From contig JBCCHT010000026.1 in NCBI GenBank assembly GCA_039028615.1, positions 140,994-204,993 on the forward strand: a DNA stretch of 64,000 nucleotides. The letters run 5' to 3'. The translations under genes and the position numbers were made by a program. Positions 57,289-64,000 of the stretch are shown in pieces; position 1 is the stretch's first letter; each line of letters opens with the position of its first letter. The notes under the pieces are model-generated. The model was not told the DNA's origin. It ran no database searches and worked only from the letters and a program-made list of their open reading frames with translations. Origin of the DNA: Myxococcota bacterium (GTDB taxonomy: Bacteria > Myxococcota_A > Polyangia > Nannocystales > Nannocystaceae).

Positions 57289-57996
57289 ATGAAGAATCAA
57301 AATCTGCTCTCATTCATGCTTGTCGCCTCGTTCCAGATCGGATGCAACGTCAGTCCGACAGCCGGGGAGAGAACTGAGTTTTTCAATCTTCAACCCAGAT
57401 CAGGAGGTGGCGTTGTTGCCGAGGATGATGCGGAAATGCTTCAGCAAATCGCCCTGAACCTAGATTTCTTCCTCGAGGAGACAATTGATCCTCTTTCACC
57501 CTACTACTATCCACCCGAGTATATCGATGGGATCTCCACTCTGGACGCGGAAGGGCGAGAGGTTCTCGTGTCTGTGGCTCTTCTTCAACGACTCGCCGAC
57601 GAGTTCGTGGACGAAAACAAGTGCTCCACACCCCAGGGACTCCAGGGGTACTGCGTAACCGATAGTTTTACGCACGACGTCACTAATATGCTGGAAATGA
57701 CGAACCAGGCGACGGGAGATGCCGCCGAAGACCTCATTGACGACATTCATGAGAACCGGCGCGGTGAATTTGACCTGCTGCTCGAAGATATTGGGAACGC
57801 ATGGAGCGACCGCGAAAAATCCTGTGATCAGGACGAGGAAGATCTCCAAGAGTGGTCGCAGGACCAGATGAGTTGGTTTCAAGATAATTACAAGCGTTTG
57901 AACTGCCAACGGCGCCTTCTGGAAAGGCAATACCTGAGCCTTGTCGCAAGTGAGGACCTTGCCTGTCTTATGGAGCGGCTACTTGGTGTCGAATAG
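57289..57996 (+). CDS. Hypothetical acidic, helical lipoprotein in the low-GC patch
   Basis: MKNQNLLSFMLVASFQIGC signal/lipobox; 235-aa ORF with lower GC codon usage. Confidence 0.7.
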   Translation: MKNQNLLSFMLVASFQIGCNVSPTAGERTEFFNLQPRSGGGVVAEDDAEMLQQIALNLDFFLEETIDPLSPYYYPPEYIDGISTLDAEGREVLVSVALLQRLADEFVDENKCSTPQGLQGYCVTDSFTHDVTNMLEMTNQATGDAAEDLIDDIHENRRGEFDLLLEDIGNAWSDREKSCDQDEEDLQEWSQDQMSWFQDNYKRLNCQRRLLERQYLSLVASEDLACLMERLLGVE

Positions 57997-58140
57997 AGCC
58001 CCTGCGCTCCTATAAAATCGCCCAAGGTTTCACGCCCTGCTCCGCATCATGCGCCGGGGCAGGGGGGGCCGTCTGCCGCCGTGCTGCGCATGCCCACATT
58101 CTGGACGAAACGCGTTACGTTGTGCGCGTCCCATGGGAGC

Positions 58141-58470
58141 ATGGGTCCCCAATCACTGCGTCACTACGAGCATCGGATCCGCCAGGCCGTCGTTTCCACG
58201 GGTAATCCTGGCCTTCTCCCGCAGCTCGCGATCCCGCCGTCGACGGCTCGTGCCTGGATTCGTCGTGGCGTTCGCTGAATCGTGTCGACGTTGGACGACC
58301 GGTGAGAGGCAGCAGTTCCTCAAGCCGAGATTGCGCGGTTGCGGCCCAAGGGCGACCGGAACTTCGTGCCGGCCTCTGTCCTCCTTCCCTTCTCGAGGGC
58401 GACATGAAAGCCGACGTGGTTCGTGCCATCGAGCTCGGGGCGCGACGAGCTCCGCTGATCATTGATGGTG
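58141..58470 (+). mobile_element. Transposase N-terminal remnant (myxobacterial IS-like)
   Basis: YEHRIRQAVVSTGNPGLLPQLAIPPSTARAWIRRG then a stop; downstream frameshifted fragment EGDMKADVVRAIELGAR; no catalytic core. Confidence 0.6.
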
Positions 58471-58829
58471 CTCGGCTGACCACCTCGCACCCAGAGACGC
58501 AAACGCCGAGCCCCTGGCCGAAGGCGCTCGATGAGTCCCGCAACCAGGGCCGATGCGCGCTGAAATGAGCCTCGCACCCGGGACCTATGGGCGACGGTGT
58601 GCTCCGGTTGGCGCCCGCTCCGGGCGTTTCGGCGTCTGCAGAGCGTCTCCAAAATGCGGGGTAAACTCCAAAGGACCGGGGTGGGCGCCCGTGGAGTGAA
58701 GGCCCCGGAAAGGCCCCTGCAATCCCAAGCGTTTGAACGAAGAGACGCGGGATGTCGCCGGTTTGGACTTCGCGTGCCCTCGCGGCCGAGCTGCGCGCCT
58801 GTCGACACGCGAGGGCGTTGAAACAGCGC

Positions 58830-59891
58830 CTAGGCCGAGCGCCGACGCCGTAGGGCGACCAGGCCGAAGAGCCCGAGCATCCAGGGCAGGGGCGAGCCCG
58901 AGCCGGTGTGGCAGCTGCAGCCTTCGTCGCCGCCATCGGCCGCGCCGCCGCCGTCGCCCGCGGTGCCGCTGCCGTCGCCCGGCGTGGCGGTGCCGCTGCC
59001 GCCGGCCGCGTCGCCGTTGCTCGTGGCGCTGTCCTCCCCGGCGGGGTCGGTGTCGCCCCCGGGCGAGTCGCTGGTGCCGCTGTCGTCCGAGGGCTCGTCG
59101 CCGGTCTCGTCGGTGCCGCCGTCCGACGTGGTGCCGGGCTCGTCGGTGCCCATCACGTCCTCCATCGTCGCGCCTGCGCGCACGCCATCGACGTACACGA
59201 CCTCGGTGCTCGTGATGTTGGAGTTGCGGATGAGCCCGGTGTGCATCTCGTTGAACTCGCCGGAGTTGAACATCGTGGCGACGTTGGTCATGGGGACGAC
59301 CTGGTTGCCATCGACGTAGAGCTCCACGAAGCCGACGGCGGGATCGGGGGACCACTGCACGTGCAGGATGAAGTCCTGCCAGACCCCCGGCGTCCACGCG
59401 CCGACCCAGTGCTGAGTCTCGCTGCCCACGAAGGTTCGGAACTGAATCTGCCCGCCCGTCACCACGAAGGACATGATCGCGGAGAAGGTGGGGTTGCCCT
59501 CCCAGTAGTAGACCAGGTGCCAGGTGTCGGCGTAGGCGTCGTCGCCGGGTCGTAGCGAGAACGAGTACCAGCGCTCCGAGCCCTCGAAGGTGGCGGCGTC
59601 GGGGTTGTAGACGAGCTCGTTGCGGCTATGGCCGCTGGGCGACATGTCGCCGGGATCGACCTGGATCCGCCCCGCGTACTGCCCTTCGGCCACGACGTCT
59701 TCGACCACCGTCATGTTGTCGGCGTTGCCGATCACCTGCGGCGACAGCGTCCATTGGCTGAGGTCGCCGCTCTCGAAGTCGCCGACCCAGTCGGGGGCTG
59801 CGGACGCGGTGAGCGGAGTGGCCAGCGCGACAGTGGCCAAGGCGGAAGTAGTCCAAGAGGCGAGCGCCGAAAACGAGGAACGTCGGGTCAC
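58830..59891 (-). CDS. Polysaccharide-lyase-like secreted protein with MYXO-CTERM anchor
   Basis: WVGDFESGDLSQW, RNEL, ERWY, WQDFILHVQWS...GFVELYVDG; terminal GCSC...WMLGLFGLVALRRRR. Confidence 0.85.
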   Translation of the reverse strand: MTRRSSFSALASWTTSALATVALATPLTASAAPDWVGDFESGDLSQWTLSPQVIGNADNMTVVEDVVAEGQYAGRIQVDPGDMSPSGHSRNELVYNPDAATFEGSERWYSFSLRPGDDAYADTWHLVYYWEGNPTFSAIMSFVVTGGQIQFRTFVGSETQHWVGAWTPGVWQDFILHVQWSPDPAVGFVELYVDGNQVVPMTNVATMFNSGEFNEMHTGLIRNSNITSTEVVYVDGVRAGATMEDVMGTDEPGTTSDGGTDETGDEPSDDSGTSDSPGGDTDPAGEDSATSNGDAAGGSGTATPGDGSGTAGDGGGAADGGDEGCSCHTGSGSPLPWMLGLFGLVALRRRRSA

Positions 59892-59963
59892 GGGGGGATT
59901 GTATCCGCATCCCGTGAGGCCGACGCGGCTCGAAGCGTGGCCGCGACTACAACTGGGCCCAGG

Positions 59964-60626
59964 TCAGGGCCACCCGCAGATTTGGATTTGCTGGGCGATG
60001 TCTTCGCACACCATGCCGTCGGGACATGGCTCCATGTCCGAGCAGATGAGGACACAGTTCGGGAGGTCCCCGTCCTGGAACTCCAAGCAGGCGGGCTCCG
60101 CCTTTCCGCTCGTCGGCATCGGGCAGGCCGCGTTTTCCCCGGCGGCCATGCAAATGGGGGCGCAGAGCGTCGTCATGCCGATATTCACGCACGAGGTGTT
60201 CATGTCCCTGCACATCCCGGCCGCACACGATGCGCCGTAGGGACCGTCCGGCACGGGGCCGGTGTCGCTGCTGCTCTCCGAGGTGTCCGTGGAGGACGTG
60301 GCGTCGGTGCTGGACGCGTTGCCCGAGTCCGTCGACGATGCCATGGCCGTCGAGCCAGACTCCGGGCTCGTGCTCGTGCTCGTGCTCGTGCTCGTCGCTC
60401 CGTCTTCGACGCACTGCCCCGACAGGTCCCCCGACGAGGAGCCGTAGCGGCGGCCGCTGTCGCAGCCGAGGTCGGGGAAGCTACAGACCCCGGCCGGTTC
60501 GCACTGGCCCCGGATCATCGAGGTCACGCACTGGTCGTTGGACCGACACTCGAAGACCTCCGACGTCGAGCAGGAGACCGCGCTCGCGAGCAGGGGGACC
60601 AGGGCCAGGGCAACGAGGCGAAGCAC
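59964..60626 (-). CDS. Cys-rich lipoprotein
   Basis: AVSC lipobox; GQCEPAGVCSFPD..CDSGRRYG; Ser/Thr linker; Cys-rich C-terminus. Confidence 0.75.
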   Translation of the reverse strand: MLRLVALALVPLLASAVSCSTSEVFECRSNDQCVTSMIRGQCEPAGVCSFPDLGCDSGRRYGSSSGDLSGQCVEDGATSTSTSTSTSPESGSTAMASSTDSGNASSTDATSSTDTSESSSDTGPVPDGPYGASCAAGMCRDMNTSCVNIGMTTLCAPICMAAGENAACPMPTSGKAEPACLEFQDGDLPNCVLICSDMEPCPDGMVCEDIAQQIQICGWP

Positions 60627-60761
60627 GGCGCCGCCATGGTATCGGCTGGCCGTGCTTCGCTCGATCGTATTTTCGCCAATTGCCCCGCAGGGGGCGTTCG
60701 GCGGCCCGGTGGGGCCCGCGAGGCGAAGGCGAAGGAGGCCGTCACCCCGCGGGGTTGCCCG

Positions 60762-62762
60762 TCAGTGCACCCGGAAGGTCCCGTCGACGGTTCGTCGCGG
60801 GGGCTGCTTGGCCACCCGCTCGCGGATGGCCTCGTTCCGAGCCGCGGCGCGCTGACGCGGATCGTCGATGCCCCGGGCGGCGTCGAGGCGCTCGGTTCGA
60901 GGCACCAGGGAGGTCGCCTCACGCACGCGTGGCTTGAGGCCCGCCTCGGTGCCCATCTCCACCGCGATTTTTTCGAGCCGCGGGTCGATGCCGTGCAGCT
61001 TCAACGAGCGAGCGAACCCGGGGAGCGGCGGCCGGGGCCTGGGCACGCGGCGGAGGAACTCCGCGAGCCGGTCGGGGGGGATCCGCGGCAGGAAGCGACG
61101 CATGCAGGGGCAGTCGTCCTCGCTCAGGAACGCGATGAGGTTCTCCTTGCGGGCGGGCAGGAACTCCTGCTCGAGAGCGGGCGAGAGCTGGAACCCCGGC
61201 TGGCCCCCGAACACGGCCGGGTCGGGCAGGGGTACCGAGTTTCGCTCGTTGGTGTGCACGAACCCGGCCGAGGCGGGCCAGGACTCGAGCCCCGAACCCA
61301 CCGGGCCCAGGGCGCCCGAGGAGCTCAGGCCGAAGGTCGATGGCTGATGGCATCCACCGCAGCTCAGCGCGGTGGCCCGGTTGACGACCTGCCGGGCGGT
61401 GAGCTGTCGGTTGGGGGGCTGTGTCGCGTTGAACGTGGACAGAGCCGAGGCGAGGTACTGCTGGCCGCTGCAATCGAAGTGGTGACAGTAGGCGCTGTCC
61501 CCCGTGTCCGATTGTGCGTCGCTCTGCGCTGCGTTGAAGTCGTCGAGCAGCTCGTAGCCCAGGCTGTTTACGTCGGTCGCATCGCCCAGCGCGGCGACCT
61601 GGAGCTCGATGGCCGCTCGGAACGCGCCGACGCGACCGCTGTGATCGCTCGGATCGGCAGTGGGACTCCAAAGCTCGCCGAAGGGGCTGAGCTTGACGGT
61701 GTCGGGCACGAACTGGAATTCGCAGGTGCCGTCGCAGTCGACCAGGGTCCGCATCTCCTTGAGGGTCCAGGGGCCACCCAGGAACTGGTTGGTGCGGATC
61801 TGTCCGCCCCCGGCGGAGCCATAGCCGCTCGAGGCTCCGGTCGAGCTGTAGTGGTCGACGTGGACCACGGGGCGGAAGCCGGGCAGGCCGTCGTAGTAGA
61901 AACCGAGCAGCTTGTTCGCCCGAGAGGTCACGCTGTCGTCGACCGACAGGTCGGCCCAGAACTCCGCGACGGGGCGGCAGGCATCCTTGCAGCCCGGGCT
62001 GGGGTTGGGCAGCACCGCCTCGAAGATCATGAAGTTGCGGCGGCGCCCGCGAGCCTGCTTGGCGTACACGATGCGGTACTCACCGCAGTTGCTCCACCCT
62101 TCGCCGGCCAGATCGATCCGGTTGACCAGGCCGATGGGGATGTAGCTGTCGAGGTTGGCGGCGGCATTGGTCGCCTCGCCGCCCTCCACCCGAGGGCAGC
62201 TGTTGGGGAAACCGTTGATGGTCGAGCCGTCGTCGTCGCATTGCGCCCCGCCGGGGGTCACCGCGCTGCTGCTGTCGTTTTGCGTGTCCCAGAACTCGCG
62301 GAACAGCTGCTCCGCATCGAGGCCCGAGACGCCCGCGGTCGCCAGCTGGTCGGCCATCTGCGCGAAGGTGTGGCGCAGGCTGAAGTCGTGGGTCCTCCCG
62401 ACGTGATTGAGCGTACCCAGGTCGTGGACGAACAGCGAGCGGTGCTCGTCGATGGTGGGCACGGGTGGGGGCTCGGCGCAGACTCCCGGGCCGAGCTGGA
62501 TGGGCAGCTTGAGCTCGTCGATGGGTCCGAAGGGCAGCGCGCGCACGGTGGTGAGGCGCTGGGTCTGTGCCGCGGCCAAGCGATCGGTCATGGCCTGGAC
62601 GAGCTTGGGGTCACGCGGGTCACGGGGCTCGTCCTGGGGCGGCCGGGTCTGGTTCGAGCTTCCGGCGTCCGGCTTGGGGGTCGTGCCGGGAGGAGGACAA
62701 CCGGTGGCGAACGCACCGAGCGTCGCGCCCAACAGGGTGGCGATGATGAAACGAGCAGACAT
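60762..62762 (-). CDS. Large lipoprotein with a c-type heme-binding motif (uncharacterised myxobacterial family)
   Basis: ATGC lipobox; NRIDLA...CGEYRIVY, IFEA, GQIRTNQF, ALSCGGCHQ, FVH, SPAL...FLPARK. Confidence 0.8.
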   Translation of the reverse strand: MSARFIIATLLGATLGAFATGCPPPGTTPKPDAGSSNQTRPPQDEPRDPRDPKLVQAMTDRLAAAQTQRLTTVRALPFGPIDELKLPIQLGPGVCAEPPPVPTIDEHRSLFVHDLGTLNHVGRTHDFSLRHTFAQMADQLATAGVSGLDAEQLFREFWDTQNDSSSAVTPGGAQCDDDGSTINGFPNSCPRVEGGEATNAAANLDSYIPIGLVNRIDLAGEGWSNCGEYRIVYAKQARGRRRNFMIFEAVLPNPSPGCKDACRPVAEFWADLSVDDSVTSRANKLLGFYYDGLPGFRPVVHVDHYSSTGASSGYGSAGGGQIRTNQFLGGPWTLKEMRTLVDCDGTCEFQFVPDTVKLSPFGELWSPTADPSDHSGRVGAFRAAIELQVAALGDATDVNSLGYELLDDFNAAQSDAQSDTGDSAYCHHFDCSGQQYLASALSTFNATQPPNRQLTARQVVNRATALSCGGCHQPSTFGLSSSGALGPVGSGLESWPASAGFVHTNERNSVPLPDPAVFGGQPGFQLSPALEQEFLPARKENLIAFLSEDDCPCMRRFLPRIPPDRLAEFLRRVPRPRPPLPGFARSLKLHGIDPRLEKIAVEMGTEAGLKPRVREATSLVPRTERLDAARGIDDPRQRAAARNEAIRERVAKQPPRRTVDGTFRVH

Positions 62763-62916
62763 GGGGGCTGGTCCTTTGCGAAACCACGGTCGCCTTCGCG
62801 CACGGATGAACGACGTGCGACGAAGGCTCCGCTGGCCTCAAGGAGTGACTACTCGTTTTCGGATTCGAGTCTGACGGTGCGAATGAAATAGACCGCGGTC
62901 ATGCCGGGGCGCCGGA

Positions 62917-64000
62917 TCATCGCGACGCCCGGAGACGACGCGCCCGACGCTTGGCCTGCCGGCTGGACGTGCTGCGATGGCTGAGCCACGCGGTCAGGCC
63001 GGAGGTCAGCAGGGGCAGCGCCACGGCCAGGCTCGCCGCGGCGGTGTTGCCCAGGGCCTGGGTCATGCGTAGCGAACCATCGTCCGACGGCACCACCGAG
63101 CTCGACCAGCGCACGCCCGCGAGGGTGGCCGTGGCCGTGCCCAGCCCGAGGGCGGCTCCCCCGAGCGTGAGGGTGGTGATGGTCGTGGTTCGTCGCACGC
63201 GATCGTCGGAGAGGCCGGGGGCGAGGGTCAGACCGTAGGCCAAAGAGGCACTGCCGAGCGCGGCCACGACGGTGGCGGGCGCGAGGAAGGCGGGGCGGGT
63301 CTGCCAGCGCGCGTTACAGAGCCCGTCGGTGCCACACTCCCGCTCGATCTGCAGGCTCGCCGCGGCCAGCCCGGCCGCGGCCGCCCCGAGGGCAGCCCCC
63401 GTGCCGATGAAGGCACGCGCGCGGGTCCGGGGGGCGGTGTCGTGACGCCGCCCTTGCTCGGGCTCGGGCTCGGTGGGGGGCGGAGGTCGAGGCACGGGCT
63501 CGGGCTCGGGCTCGGGCTCCGGTTCGGGTTCCGGCTGGGGCAGCGGATCGAGAGCGTCGGCCTCACGCAGCAGGGCTTGTCGTCGCGTATCGAGGTAGAC
63601 CCGACTCTCGGCCGAGGCATCGGCGTGCTCGAGGTACGCGGCGACGTCCTCGGCCGCTTGGCGCAGCAGCGCGGCGCGGGCTCTTCGTTGGGTGGCGTCC
63701 TCCCGATCGGTGTGGACGTCCGCCATCTTCATGCGGATGCGGGCCCGCGCCAGGTAGGGGGCTGGATCGTCCGGCTGAAGAGCGATCGCGACCGCGGCTT
63801 CGGCCTCGGCCGAGGCCAGGTCTCCCGCGGCCTCCAGGTCTTGGGCGCGGTCGAGGTGCTGCAGCGCCTCGTCGGCGGCATCGGGGGCCGGTGGCGGGGC
63901 AGCGGGCTCGATCGGCGTTTGGACGGGCGCCTGGTCCGCAGGTGCGGGCGCGGGCGCGGGGGCAGGCGCGTCGGAACTCGACTCCGGCGGGGGAGCGAGC
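62917..64000 (-). CDS. TPR-containing membrane protein (5' end outside the window)
   Basis: The frame stays open from 63732 to the window end (PAPAPA linker, ALQPDDPAPYLARARI TPR), followed by a PEPEP linker and hydrophobic C-terminal helices. Confidence 0.75.
   Translation of the reverse strand, partial: LAPPPESSSDAPAPAPAPAPADQAPVQTPIEPAAPPPAPDAADEALQHLDRAQDLEAAGDLASAEAEAAVAIALQPDDPAPYLARARIRMKMADVHTDREDATQRRARAALLRQAAEDVAAYLEHADASAESRVYLDTRRQALLREADALDPLPQPEPEPEPEPEPEPVPRPPPPTEPEPEQGRRHDTAPRTRARAFIGTGAALGAAAAGLAAASLQIERECGTDGLCNARWQTRPAFLAPATVVAALGSASLAYGLTLAPGLSDDRVRRTTTITTLTLGGAALGLGTATATLAGVRWSSSVVPSDDGSLRMTQALGNTAAASLAVALPLLTSGLTAWLSHRSTSSRQAKRRARRLRASR

Noticed and set aside
60365..60396. 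(GCTCGT)n microsatellite; also (GGGCTC)n near 63495-63535
   Set aside because: These hexamer repeats encode ST and PE linkers in frame; there is no evidence of phase variation.

Overview
A high-GC, gene-dense window that looks myxobacterial, probably Nannocystaceae-like. This is inferred from a MYXO-CTERM protein, Ser/Thr kinase-TPR proteins, a DUF1592/DUF1552 pair and many Cys-rich lipoproteins with Ser/Thr/Gly linkers. The most interesting part is 1-6.9 kb, a putative conflict/defence locus. It holds a minus-strand TIR + DUF4062-like + NACHT protein that is missing from the supplied ORF track because it runs off the window edge. Divergent from it is a translationally coupled two-gene operon: a 367-aa winged-helix-like protein and a 1274-aa protein with a TerB-like N-terminus, an AAA+/STAND-like ATPase and a C-terminal HerA/FtsK/VirB4-like ATPase. 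A terminator-like hairpin and a strongly G-depleted tract follow. From 7 to 51 kb is accessory/metabolic content: regulators, oxidoreductases, tyrA, slyD, yaeQ, an ECF sigma factor and many lipoproteins. It also includes a kinase with an atypical HRDFNLRN catalytic loop and a GT-A + GT-D-fold glycosyltransferase pair. From about 51.6 to 58.8 kb is a lower-GC patch bounded by two decayed transposase remnants, containing a LysR pseudogene and tandem duplicated lipoproteins. No rRNA, tRNA or CRISPR array was recognised. All domain calls are from motif recognition by eye, not database searches.
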